From positions 8,155,067-8,219,066 of the forward strand of contig BDGG01000001.1 in assembly GCA_001949185.1 (NCBI GenBank): 64,000 nucleotides of DNA. Reading direction: 5' to 3'. Made by a program: the position numbers and the translations under genes. The notes under the pieces were generated by a model, which worked only from the letters and a program-made list of their open reading frames with translations, was not told where the DNA came from and made no database searches. Source of the stretch: Ramazzottius varieornatus. Its lineage: Eukaryota; Animalia; Tardigrada. Of the stretch, positions 1-12,329 are shown piece by piece; the stretch's first letter is position 1; each line of letters begins with the position of its first letter.

Positions 1-1073
1 AGGTAGCGCTATCCACTGCGGCGCCAGACCTAAACCAGCTGGAGACTGAGCAACAGTTAGCAAAGTTTAAGCTGTTCCACGTTTGTAATTCATTTCAGGC
101 CTTGATTCAATGATTGACGAGTTCAGGACAAAACTTCTGTATGTTTTGGTAACAGTCATGGTTATCGCCATATTTTCCTGTAGTGTGGACAGATTCTGCC
201 ACTTCCAGCTTCAGGATGTAGCCAGAAGCTTATACATAGTTTGGAGAGTCGAGGAGGGGAGAATAACTCGGGCTATAGCAAGCATTCTCACTCAAACTAC
301 CCGTGGTTTTTTTGTCTCTTTCGGTGACGTCATGCGCCACCCGATTGCAAAAAACCTGTCGTTTGAGCTAAGCGTTGGCCTAATGCGTTTTCGCGTGGAA
401 GTTAGCAAAGTTTTAGCTGTTCCGATTTTCAGTAGAAAACACGTGAAGATTGTATCGGCACACCGACGCACGCCGTCAAATCCGTGTGGTTTCTGCTTCA
501 TCTGGTTCATATGGGGTTTACTGGCTTGGCTTGCTCTGCCCTCTGCAAGAAGTGGGCTCCCTAATATCGAACTCCATTTTCAAATGGCTTTTCTTCCGGA
601 ATTTCTCTCGTCATAAACTCCTGCTGAATCTCAGTTCTGCCGGGGTTAGAAGAGAACAAGGTGTTGGAAGATACTCGTGAATTAGTTTCGTATTGAAAAA
701 CCTGGTGGTAGCTGAGAAAATTAGCAGTTAGAAAAGTATTTCCCAGTTTGGGGAGTTAGAAAAGTTAGGTATTGCTCCTCGTACTCAAACTCCTATACGA
801 ACTATTTTTTGTGCACACGATACAGGTGGGATTTGCGGAAGCGCAAGCTGATAGGGATTGCCATATGACAGAGCATAGCGCGCCTTTACTCGTGCGCAGT
901 CAAACCATTGGCTGGTTTGTACTGGTGCACTTGCGCAGCGGCACCAAGTCCCAACGCGGCCACCTTCTATGGGGACTTCGGCTCCGCGCATCTTGGCTGT
1001 AGCACACGAAAAGCTTCGTGTTGTAAGTGTTATACAACACGATATTGTAGGACTGAGTGGATTCTAAGGTTGT

Positions 1074-1199
1074 TACTCTATTCCCTCGAAAGTTCTGTGC
1101 GGTCTCATGGCAGGCTCATAGATTAGGCCTCGGGGATTATTTATGGACCTGTCATTTGTTCTACGGCGTTCTGCCCAGAACTTTCGGGGGAATACAGTA
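1074..1199. mobile_element. Short TA-flanked MITE
   Basis: TACTCTATTCCCTCGAAAGTTCTGTGC at 1074 is an imperfect inverted repeat of GCCCAGAACTTTCGGGGGAATACAGTA ending at 1199; TA at both ends. Confidence 0.55.
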
Positions 1200-1228
1200 G
1201 CATGACTTAGAGCTGGCGTTTATCTAAA

Positions 1229-1775
1229 TATGAGTATCGGCATATGAAAATGCGTCCAACTGGTTCACATCTAAATTGTTCAGGAGAGAATTCTAAAGTT
1301 TCTCGACCTTAAGAGCGAAATCAAACGGGACTTTTACCTATACCAAACATAGTCTGGGGAAAAAGAATTCGAAGTCAGATTCAAGTTTTGGCCACTGGTT
1401 GGAAAGATAGGAAGAAGAAGGTAGTTGTGCCGAATTCCCGTACATTGCCTAGTCAGCACGCTGATCGGCTGTATGCGCTGTGCCCAGTTGTTTTAATCAA
1501 CTAATCAAACAACAATAGTGCAGAGATCACGTGCACCGGAAGTGCTCACTAGTTCGCGTCTCTAATGAGAGCGCGCTGCTTATGTTAAGGTTGCCTCTTA
1601 ATACCGCTGTGTTTTTCCAGTAGTATCCTCAATTCTTTCAGCCACTCGTTCGGGTTTCATTACCGCGGTAAAATGAACCTATGGTGCTGTTCAACATTTC
1701 GAACAACTTGATGTCATGAAAGGCTAATTTTGAGCGAAACTGCATTGGACGGATTCTCATATGCCGATACTCATA
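1229..1775. mobile_element. Non-autonomous TIR element (Tc1/mariner-type MITE)
   Basis: ~30-bp TIR TA-TGAGTATCGGCATATGAAAATGCGTCCAA / TTGGACGGATTCTCATATGCCGATACTCA-TA; no long internal ORF. Confidence 0.7.
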
Positions 1776-2567
1776 TGGCTGTCTAATTCAGCTAAACGGA
1801 CCATGTGATTGGTTGGTCGTCGTCAACAGGCCCCTCCTACTGTGATTAGCTAAACGGATTGAAATCGTCCATTTAGCTAAAACGAAACCAATAAGCTTCT
1901 CGGTGACGTCATGTCTGAACTCCGAAAGTTCACATATTCAAAAGTCAGAAAAACCTCAATCCCGTTTTATGATCTGTACCTCATCGCAGTTCTTCAGTCA
2001 GAGATTATAGTTTCTTTTGAGATTTTCGGGCAAATATCGTTACATAAATCATGAGAGCTATGAAAACGATCAGATGGCTCGAGTTTACTTGGAATACTGG
2101 GAAGCAGCAGAAAAAGCCTGACGTAATTTCCCACCGTCAGAATTCTGTGATGTTTCAAGTGCGAAAACACGAAAGTTAGAAAATCATGCAAGGGTTCTGA
2201 AGAAACTCCTTTTTCCCAACTTTCGAATATTTTGCTTCATACCATGCATCATCTGTTTTCGTGGTTTTTTGGCTGTTGCGTCTGATACCGCCGATAACCT
2301 TGCTGCGCACGATTTACTGTGGTCGGTCCTTTGAAGAAGAAAAAAAATCTTTCGACCCTTGGCAACTGGTCAGGACTGTATTCAAACAGCTCTCACATGC
2401 CAAAAAATGGACCAGAAAAAATCAGACAAAAATCATCGAATTTGAAGGTGATAAAAACTATTTCAGCTGCCCACAAATTATTCTCCGAAGTTGTGTGCGA
2501 AATTTTGAGCGATTCGGATCAGTGGTCTTCGCCTGAAAAGATGGACAAAAAAATAAGTACTTAGTCG

Positions 2568-2981
2568 TACTGTATTCTCTCCGGTAATCTTTGTACGTCA
2601 CAGTCGATATCTTTCTTAGGGAGTTTGCGAATCATGCTGTCAGCTTTTCATTTACGTCACGTTGTCACGTCATTCTGACGAAAGTTTGTGAACAGCTAAT
2701 TACTCGCGAAGATGCTAAGTTCGGTTCCTCAGTCTACCAATCTTTCACAGTAATCATACAAGCAAGTTCGACAATCAAAGTGTAATCTGAACAAAAAAGT
2801 GTCGATAGAGAAAATGCAACAAAAAGCACAAGGCGAAACACACTTACGATTGATTGCACAGCTTGATTGAGTATCATGACGACACGGTTTTGCTGCTGTG
2901 GCGCACATCTTAATCTCACTGTTACATCATTCCTAGAAACCATTCGAGTGACGTACGAAGATTACCGGAGAAAATACGGTA
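2568..2981. mobile_element. Non-autonomous TIR element (pogo/Tc1-type MITE)
   Basis: TA-CTGTATTCTCTCCGGTAATCTTTGTACGTCAC ... GTGACGTACGAAGATTACCGGAGAAAATACGG-TA, ~32-bp TIR with TA duplication. Confidence 0.75.
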
Positions 2982-3171
2982 CTTATAAATTAGATGGCCG
3001 GCTCATTCTTTGATAGCGTTCACTCACACTTCTCCTTCGAAGGCTTTATGGAATCGAAACGTCTGACGCTGGACTAGCCCAAAAGAAGGTATCCCGTTCA
3101 ATAGTTAGCAAGATTCAAACCACACGGTGTCGTGGAGCCCGTGTGAACACCTGCGGTTTTAAAAACGGATT

Positions 3172-4036
3172 GTGTTTGCAGATTTCTCTCGCCGCTTGGT
3201 ACCTGAAATTTTCTACGTTAACGCAATCGAGAACGAACTTCGTTCTCGCCAGATAAACTACGGTTTCACTTCGCATACGGTGAACAGCAATGATGTGAAA
3301 GATTTCATAGAATCCCTTCGGGTGAAAGAGCTATATCCCCATGACTGCGGCGATCAAGGAAAGCAACGAGGATGCCCCTTCTTGCATATTGTGGGTGGCG
3401 TATGGAAGTTTTGTCACCGCCACTGCGAAATGCCTGTGTTTGTGAGACAACAACACCCTTTTAACGGGTGTATTTGGTCTAGATTTACTTGACCGTGTTC
3501 GACCGGTCATTATGCTTCGTAGAATAAATTCGCTATGAAAAATATATCGCTGCCTCCAGTCTGCATCAACGAGCAACAGCACGGTTTTCTGTTCTGCACC
3601 AAGCACACGACGCTCGCCGCGAAGCATCTGCTACCGATTACAAGAAAACAAAAAGACATTGTGGTTCAGCAACTAACCAGAACTGCACCAGCTTTATCTG
3701 CGAATGCAACGTCAGTTGAGCCAGAGCAACGAACCGATTGCGCTACTGGTTTTGGACAATTGCTTTGCTCAAAGAACCATGGTGAAAAGAAAAAGGGATG
3801 TTGGAGTCGGGGTCTTCTTGTGTTTGTTCCCGGCTGTGGACACATCTCTTTCTTTGCACCCCTGTACCGGTAAATTTTTTATTCTCTTCTTCTCGGCATC
3901 GGGTTTCATGCTGTTAATTTACAGTTCGGAAATTCTGTCTCAAGTGCTGATTTTGATGCTCGAATGGCTGCACAGACGTCTCCAGCAAGTGACCCTGAAT
4001 GACCGAAAGGACTTCTTCCTCATACACGATAACATG
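3172..4036 (+). pseudogene. Degenerate KDZ (Kyakuja-Dileera-Zisupton/CxC)-type transposase relic
   Basis: Fragments HDCG..RGCPFLHIVGGVWKFCHRHC, CSKNHG..WSRGLLVFVPGCGHISFFAPLYR / intron / SEILSQVLILMLEWL..FLIHDNM resemble KDZ motifs (VxDGxxK; CxHG..ES..Q; YDNxC); stops and truncation. Confidence 0.5.
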
Positions 4037-4075
4037 TTCGTGTTCTATGTATTTGAAATCGATCAGAAAACCGAA

Positions 4076-4220
4076 TACTCCACAGCCCTCCCCGCACTCC
4101 ACGCTGTCCACGGCTCTCCACCGTCTTCAGCGTCTCGACAGCCCTCCACGGTGCTCGACGGCCCTCCACCATCTCCACAGCCTCCATCATCTCCACTAGA
4201 CTTCACGGCCCTCCACGGCG
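4076..4220 (+). repeat. Degenerate CTCCAC-core minisatellite (~9-10 bp period)
   Basis: ctccacagccctccccgcactccacgctgtccacggctctccaccg...ctccacgg. Confidence 0.7.
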
Positions 4221-4360
4221 ATACCTGACGTTTCGGGTGCGCTCGCATTCTGGATCCATGTACAAATCGCGCCATGCACAAGATGGTATTCCAAGCACGG
4301 AAATCGGACTACGGGTTCGGAAGTTCCAAGCAAGCAAACTAAATCCATGGTCGTAATCGT

Positions 4361-5086
4361 GGGCCCCGTACCTGGAACCCTAATAACAATTTCCCCTAAT
4401 ATACTCTTTCCCCTAACTGGCAAACCTAACAGCCTTGAACCCGAAGAACTCTTGCCCTGAAAAGTCGAAGCTAGACCCGAATACCACTTTCCCCTAACAC
4501 CATCGAACCCGAACAACTTTGACCCCGAAGAACCGCTGACCCGAAGACCACCTTCCCCGAAAGACGCTTCTCACTGCACACGTTTTCTGAGAAGCACCTG
4601 TTCATTGCACGGCAAATTAGTATGCTGTCGTGAGAAATGACAAGCATCAATTCGATCGAACCAACGGTCTGCCGCTCATGTTATTCAGTACGAGATGCTT
4701 CGCTTAACAGCAGCTCAGTTCGACAAAACATTCTCTCACGGTTCGAGCTGCGAGAAATGCTTTCGCTAATTGATCGTTCGGCTACTCAGGGAGGGCCCGG
4801 AGGGCAAGTCCAAGGTCCAGACAAGACAGCAGATTTTCACTGAAATTTCAAATTTGTGTTCGCAGGGAATGTTTTTAGGGCAGAGTGATCATCGGGGCTG
4901 AAGTTATTAGGGTTTGTGACTGTTAGGGGTCGAAGCTGTTCGGGGCCATAGTTCTTCGGGAATAAGGACATATTTTAGGGGCAAGTGCTGTTCGGGTGCG
5001 AAGCTGTTAGGGTAAAGCGCTCTTCGGGTCCGAGGTTCTTCGGAGCCACGCTTAGGAGATGGAGTTAGGGGATAACGTACCTCACC
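4361..5086 (-). mobile_element. Non-autonomous MULE (Mutator) derivative of the 8783-13147 family
   Basis: Ends GGGCCCCGTACC.. and ..GATAACGTACCTCACC match the two ends of the 8783-13147 element in reverse orientation; direct repeat CGTAATCGTG at 4352-4361 and 5086-5095 (9-10 bp TSD); subterminal CCCGAAG/CCCTAAC arrays. Confidence 0.85.
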
Positions 5087-6984
5087 GTAATCGTGACTGT
5101 ATGGTGCTGCGTGATTGTTCAGTGTAGAAATCCGTTCGAATTTGCAATCAAAAAGGGTGTCTTGCCGACATTAATGGCAGATTGAGGCTCTGGAAGTTGG
5201 AACGCCAAACGAAAAGTTTGTAAGTCTGACACATGCCTCGTTTGCAACATCGATCAATATCATCGAAGCCCAATACTTTCTGGTCATTAGCGGACTTTGG
5301 TTTTCAAAAGCACGTCTATGATTAAAAACAACCGAAGTAACGGCGTGGTGTGGGTCAATTAGAAACGAACCGTTTTCAGGTATTTATCGCGGTGGAGCTG
5401 TACCCCAGTGCACTCTAGGGCACATATGACTGGCAGAAAAGCAACTCGCACGATTCAGCGAGTCGGAATTCGCCGGGTTGCACCACCGGCAGGAATGCAT
5501 GCATTGTTTACAAATCGCAAAGAAGACATCAGAATATCTTGTCATACTGTCCGTGGATATCGGCGTCAGCAACGAAGTTGTTGAATTCTCGCGGAAAACG
5601 CTGCGTTCTTCCTTGTTACGTTACAATTACACTTTCGAAAACCGTGATGTTGTAAGTTGTTGAGCATCCAGATTTCAACCCATTTGTCTGGTGAAAAATG
5701 GGACAACCTAGTCCATTGAACGAGTCCATTGCATTTACAGATTGATCCGGTTGTGACGCACCACTACGACGCCATGGACTTGAACACGCAGCGATGAATC
5801 TCTAAGTCCTCGCGGATTTCCGCCAACAAGAACTTTTCCAGCGGAGAAAAAATTGATCCGTACGAGATAGTGTTTGCAAAATACTAAACCGGGACGTCGG
5901 CAACTGAATTCATCCAGATCGCTTTCATCCACGATTTTGTCATATGGAACATGGCTCACAAGTCCGGTGGATTTGAGGTATGGCAAAACATCGAACAAGA
6001 AAATTAAAGTGGTGCAGCTCGTTCGTGATAGTATGATCTGTTTGCCGTTTTTAAGACGTTGATGTCGCTCCCAGAAGGACCGGACGTCTGTGTGGGAAAG
6101 TTGAGGTGGGGAGGGAGCGACGCCTCCAACCACTCCATGCCTCCATTAAACTGTTCGATACTGCTGAGTTCCACTCTCTCAGCAGATCACCGTAACCATC
6201 CTAGACAGTTCTCGCTAGCGCGGTGAAAGCAATTTTGAATTACAGTTGGACCAGCGCATTATCCTTCCATCGATAGATTTCAGTTCCTCACATCGATAGG
6301 TATCAGTTCCTGCTGCGTAGCTGCTGAGTTCTTCGTCAGAACCGGCATCGGGTAGTTTTTGATTCGTTTTTTTTTACTGACCAACCCATCGACAAGAGGC
6401 TGTAATACACAAGTTTATCCGCCCCATCACACGCAAAAATCGGCCAGTTTGCTGTGTTTTGTCAGCTGTTTTCTGTTGCGAACTTGCAATTTCCTCTGCG
6501 TCGAAAGTAATCTCTTGCGACTCCATGTTTTCCCATCTGACTTCTTGGTCGACCATCATCTCACATTGTGTTCTGAGTTGGATCTACGGTAACCTGGATC
6601 GACGCTGTTGGATGCGCGGTAGACCAACTGGATGACCAGAAGTCAGCTTGCAGGCCTCGATGGTCGTGGCGATAGAGGTGAGATGACATACACTATGAAA
6701 AATTCGGAAGCTCACTACGACGGCTCCATATCTCACCGTAATCGTTCTCTTCTTTTTAGGGACGCAGTGGTCGACCAAACGCCATGTCTTCGGAGGGAAG
6801 CGCTTTCTTTCGTGATGATTGTTTCAGCCCCGTTCAGCTGACTACAATATTGCTCTGTCTTTCTCGTAATAGTTTTCTTGTTCGATATTCAGTTCAGTTG
6901 TACCGTTTAGAAGTTCAGAGTTTTTGTTTTGTGCGCAATAAAGATGATCAGCTAAAATTGTGATACTGGTCATGGTGGAGGTAA

Positions 6985-7690
6985 CATAAAAGAGATGTTT
7001 GGAAGCTCTTGAAAGACTGATTAACGCGTTAGGAAGATCTGCTGCCAAGCTGAGATGGACCAGAACCGAATCGCACATGTCTTACTGAGGGCCTAGCCAG
7101 TGTAAAAAACCGTTTTCCGATAAGCCTTCAGCAGCTCCTGGTCAGTGGTTCCCGTTATCGCCGGCATATACTGCCAATTTTGCACCACACGAGGAACTGC
7201 TGAAGGAGCACGGAGTACGAAACGCATGCTTCCAGCAGATTCGTCGGACGACAAAAATTTAATGGGGGATGATGTGGCTTCGAGGCTGACGACCCAGTTT
7301 GTGTTCGTAATATCGATGCGATAGACAGGAGAGTGATGCCAACCTTAGTACCCCCATTCTACTGTTTCCGGTGATTATATGTGTTGTGCCAGTCGCCACC
7401 AAGCGGTAAGCTGTCGTGCGAGCTAAGGTGAGGTTTGCCACTGGATGGGTACTCGGGAGATGTCGCATAGGCCTGTAACGCATTCATGATAAAATCACCA
7501 TTGTTTTTCTTCATTCGTACTTTACTCGTAGACCTAACTGTAGCGAACCGAATCGCACCAAGATTACATCAACTTTCTCGCGAACTAGTTCCTTCTCACC
7601 AACGTAGGGTTCCATATAGACTATGGTTTATCCGCCTGGGAAGCTTCAGTCAACGTTTTTTCCACTTTTACCATCTATCCTACTAATTTT
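6985..7690 (-). pseudogene. Decayed SF1 RNA helicase (Viral_helicase1-like), candidate endogenous viral element
   Basis: Across frameshifts and stops, in order over ~230 codons: GKSGK(T), NPTLVRRN*FARKL, FI(D)EC, IITGNSRMG, SMRF, TG*ALSKTCDSVLV, LISLSRASKHLFY. Confidence 0.4.
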
Positions 7691-10551
7691 CTGGAGTTCT
7701 TGCTCTTCCCCAACGTTGTACTCACTATCAAGGGCTCCCCTCTATAGTCATCCTTCTTTATGTTATGCTCATTCTCTTCATCACCGTAATAGAACGCAAA
7801 ACTCATCTTTTCTGTCGATAAACCGGTAAACTTACGTGATTCTGTCGCGGCAGAAAGTCTGTTCTTACCAAGTCAAGTAGTGATAGTTCAACCTGCTTAC
7901 TCCATAATGCAAAAAGCTCAAGTCCAGTATCACCGCCCGGCAATAAACCCCGCTTGTTTAAATATGTCACCAACATCGCGCATTTTGCATCTTTCCGGTA
8001 CCAGGAAGGGATGACCAGCCGTGTTCAGTTGCCGCCTACCTGATCTTCGTCTGCAAGAAGACAACAGGCGATAGAGTATGGAAAATCAGGCAGGCGGTTG
8101 CTGGCTACTGGTCAAGCCTCTGTTCGCCCTGATGCCACAAGCCTTTTTCACGGTTTTGTGATTTCTCCCGATGGAGAGGTGGAGCTACATAAACTCAACT
8201 TTCGACTGGCGATTGGACTCTTTCCGGCTGCCTGATAATTTTCACGAAATTTCGTTTTGAAATTTTGGACTTTCTGTTGTATTTTACTTCTGTCCGACAT
8301 CTTGTTCACTACAACGATACTGTTTCGAAGTCAGCCCTTTTTGGTAAGTCCGGACATGTGACATCTCAGAGCAGGAGTCTAGGGAGTTGGCGTCTCATTG
8401 CTGACGGAACCATCACCAGCTGCTGGGATAAGTCGCCAAATGCTGCTGCTATTTTCAAGGTATTGTGTGCTTCTAAATTCTTCTGACTTTATTCAAAAGG
8501 GCTGTGGAAGATTGCTACCTTTGCAGTAAGAGTTCTGAAATTACTTGTATGTGTTTCAAGTGGCAGTTTGGATGTTGAAGTGGGCTCTGCCTCAGGGATA
8601 TCGCTAAAGGATTACCGAACAATCAAGTAATGAATGCTTACAACTTGCTTCGTGTGGCTTTTCTCAGGTTGCATAGCCAGCCTTGTCAGTATCCTTATTG
8701 CCTCCCTAATATCTGAAGACCGTGATTATCGCTTGCTTTTGTGGAGTGCTCACCTACGACAGCAAATGCCGTCTTATGAAACGGTGGGGTACGTTATACC
8801 CTAACTCCAACTCGTCCTAAACCTGGCTCCGAAGAACCTCGGACCCGAAGAACTCTTTCCCCTAACGACTTCGAACCCGAACCACACCTGCCCCTAAAAT
8901 ATGTCCTTATTCCCGATTTTGCACAGCAGGGTGATTTTGCACAGCAGACCGTTGCACCGTTCGAATCGGTGCGTGCTGCGCCCACACACAAGTGGTGAAT
9001 CTCGCAGTACGATTTCCATTCGCGCTCTTCCATCGCATTTGTGATCCTTGCAAAACTTCAAGAAACTTATTTTTACACTTGTCTTAGTCTTCGACTGTTT
9101 CTAGTTCAAATTCAGTGTTGATACTGTAGCAAGGACGTTTTCTGCCATGGCCAACGACAGTATTCATGATATCATAGTGGCTCTGGAAGAAACGCCTTCT
9201 GTTTTCGTTGTCAGCAATAGTCCAAGCTTTGTGAAGTTCATAAAGTCATCCAGAGGAGGTAATATTGCTGTCTTTGGGAGCTACACGTACATCAAGAACC
9301 GGAATCTTCCGCATGAACGAACCTACTAGAACTGTAGGAAGAAGGAAACTCACGGCTGTCAGGGAACGATCACTTTGGATTCTTCCAACAACGTGTTGTC
9401 TTTTGCCGAACACAACCATGTGGCCAACGTGAACGAGATGAAAGCAGAAGATGCGAAAGCTGCCCTACGAGAACGCGCGAGAAAGAGCTTGACCAAACCT
9501 CGACGACTCCTCAGCGACCTCGTTCAGAACATCCCGATCGAAGTAGCCGGTCATCTTCCGTCCGCCCATAACTTAACCAGAATGGCACGTCACCAACGAC
9601 AGGTGTAGATGCCATTGCCAGAAAAGCGAGAAGATATTGATCTGAATACCTATCTCGAAAAGAGCGAGCTTGGGTGGGAAAGCGTTTTGTTGGACACCGG
9701 AAGGGCTGATCAGATAAAGATGCTAAAAAGCGAATCGTATCCAAACTACAACGCATTATCGTATTAAAGGGGGAGGATTTTCAGTACCTGCGGTCGGCTA
9801 GCACGTGGATTATGGACGGGACATTCCAGATCGTTCCCAAATTATTCCACCAATTGTATACCATCCATGTGGAGCACTTCGGCGGTGTATTTCCGGTGAT
9901 ATTTGCCCTGTTGCCAAACAAAAGCAGCGCCACCAACGAGAGGCTTTTCCGAGGGATTCGCGACGAACTTGAGGCAATGCCATTCCGACTTGACTTGGGC
10001 GAAGGACCAAAGCCAAAGAACATCGTGGTCGATTATGAGCGAGCGGTCATCAACACCGCCGGCAAGATTTTTCCGCACGCCCGTGTTCAAGGTAAAAGTT
10101 TTGTCAAATTCTGCAATCGTTGGAGAAATAATGTAGGAGTAAGATTTATAGAATCTACCGCTCCCCTAGTTTTGATCCCCGTAATTTTTCAGGCTGCTAC
10201 TTTCATTTCTCGCAAGCAGTCTGGAGAAATGTCCAGAGATATGGCCTGACTGAGCAGTACCTGAACGACGACGAGTTTGGCCGCGCGGTTCGCATGGTGC
10301 TGGGTTTGGCTTACTGTCCAAGGGAGAGCATTCGAGATGCCTGGCAAACGTTGTTGGATATGGGAAGCTTCGCTACGACACCGAAATCTGATTATGGAAA
10401 GGTAGGAAATCTGCTTTGTTTGGGATTTCTGTGATCTGAATAAGCTCAGGATAATTATCGCATGCTTTTAGTTCTTGAAGTACTTCAGCGAGACTTGGAT
10501 CGGCTACACAGACCCAAATGGGAGCGAAGTTCCAGCAATGTATCCTTCTGA

Positions 10552-12329
10552 CAAGGGATTAACGCCAGTCTGTCCACTCTGATCCTCAAACCAATATGAT
10601 AGCATGATAAAGCAGAGTTTGCTCCACAAACTGAGATAAACTAAATCGGCGAAATAAAATCCTGGAAGACGCCACAGGAAGAGGAAGTGACGTCGAATTC
10701 TTACATCGACATGACATGACCAACTATACTAGCACAGTCTAAAATTTCACAGAACTCATGGAAGATAAATTTTACAGAGGTGATACTGATCGTAGAAGTG
10801 ATGGAAGCAGAGAGGAGCTTTGCACCAGCCGTACTTAAGCAAAAGCCGTTCGTCGCAGTTTTCATGGTCGCAATGACCAGTCAACTTCTTGGGGAAAGAG
10901 AATTCGGTAGGATTTACATAGTCAAAGGACTCGTCAGTATAGCCGCACAGATGCCAGACCTGGTTCACTAGGTCTCCAAACCGGGGAGACTGAAACTGTT
11001 GGTAAACCAAAGAATGCATCTTGAGGATTACGTATCGATGATGAACTTGAAGTGGAAGGCTGTGCAAAATGATGAAACTGGAGATCTTCCGGAAGAAGTC
11101 TTTATACATTCGGAAGGAGAGTCTGTCCAGTGGTTGGATATCACCAGTCACTCTCGGAAGAATCGTGATCATTTCGTCTTCCAGTTCTTCAGGCTTGGAT
11201 TCCAAAACAGCTTCCTGGTCAGAATAGGTTCTCCACGAATCGGCCAGCAGAATGCGGCGATCTTCCACATGAGAAAACAATATCTTTTCACACCATTCCA
11301 AGTAGAGCTTCTTTGTCATCTTGCCCGAAGCCGAAGCAGTGACATACAGGTTGTCAGCTCTAAACATTGTCCTTGCCAGAATAGGACCGAAAACGCCTTT
11401 GTCCTCCTGGAGAGTGATCCACAGTTGTGGGAGAAACTTGCGCTTGCCGGGCGAAATGGTCATCATAACCGTGTAGCTATGCGTCATGGAGTTCTCCGAC
11501 TGACAGATCGCCGATTCTTGTAGCGTTTCTTGTAGTCGAGGGTGACTGCGTTCTTTGGCGGCTGTTTAGGGTTCGTTATTCGCGGGACATAGAATTTGTT
11601 GGACGATGGTTCCGTTCCACTGGAAAGAGGCTCGACGACTTTATCTTCTTGGCTAGGATTTTCGTCGGGTTCAGCCAGCTGATTAGACGCAGCAACCAAC
11701 TTCTCGAACTTGTCGAACGTCCGCATGTCTGTTTGCAGTTCATAGTGCAGGTCTTCTTCAAGTGCCAACAAAGAACTACCTGCTCGGTTGATTTTAACAT
11801 CCATAAATTCTGAAACAGAAACAGAAAGGTAGAATATCTCATATCAATGTCAGCCATAGTAAACGGCAACAGTGCAATACCTTTGACGAGTTCTTTTAAC
11901 TGCTTATCAGCCTCTCTCGGTTGTCCATCCAGTTGGCAGAGCTGCTTGTAGTCCTCCTCCAGAAGCTTCAACACATTCATCGGATTAACGGAATCCATTT
12001 CGGGCGACAGTGGAAATCACGCAGTAACGGAACGATGTAAGAGCAATGAAGCAACAGGCACAGCAAAACTGATTGCGCTTGGCTTAGTGTAGAGTACAAG
12101 CGCAACTTGTTCAATCAATATCAAATCAACCATCTGGCAATCAAATCAGTTGATTTGCTGTCACACTGTTGATCCGCCCTGAATTTGACGTCACTTCCGC
12201 TTCCTGTGGCGTCTTCCAGAATTTTATTTCGCCGATTTAGTTTATCTCAGTTTGTGGAGCAAACTCTGCTCTATCATGCTATCATATTGGTTTGAGGATC
12301 AGAGTGGACAGACTGGCGTTAATCCCTTG
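10552..12329 (-). mobile_element. Tc4/Tc5-like (pogo-related) DNA transposon nested in the MULE transposase
   Basis: ~149-bp TIRs (10552-10700; 12181-12329) beginning CAAGGGA; TGA duplicated within target CTGAG (CTNAG/TNA as for Tc4/Tc5); removal restores the host frame YPSELWGVY. Confidence 0.9.
10756..11998 (-). pseudogene. Tc5-like DDE_1 transposase, internally deleted
   Basis: 243-aa ORF with THSYT, LQE..G.FG, SGKM, LLADSW, QPLD and C-terminal C/H cluster; N-terminal part split over frames; no CENP-B HTH seen. Confidence 0.8.

Noticed and set aside
110-616. 168-aa ORF at the window start
   Set aside because: No recognisable motif or splice support.
4375-4500. Telomere-like CCCTAA/TTAGGG hexamers
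   Set aside because: Dispersed, not tandem; part of MULE subterminal arrays.
6732-6745. CTCACCGTAATCGT identical to the MULE end/TSD at 5081-5094
   Set aside because: Isolated 14-bp match without adjacent element sequence; treated as chance.
10999-11523. 174-aa plus-strand ORF and similar antisense ORFs (19430-19966, 45503-46027, 57068-57655)
   Set aside because: Antisense shadows of real coding sequence.
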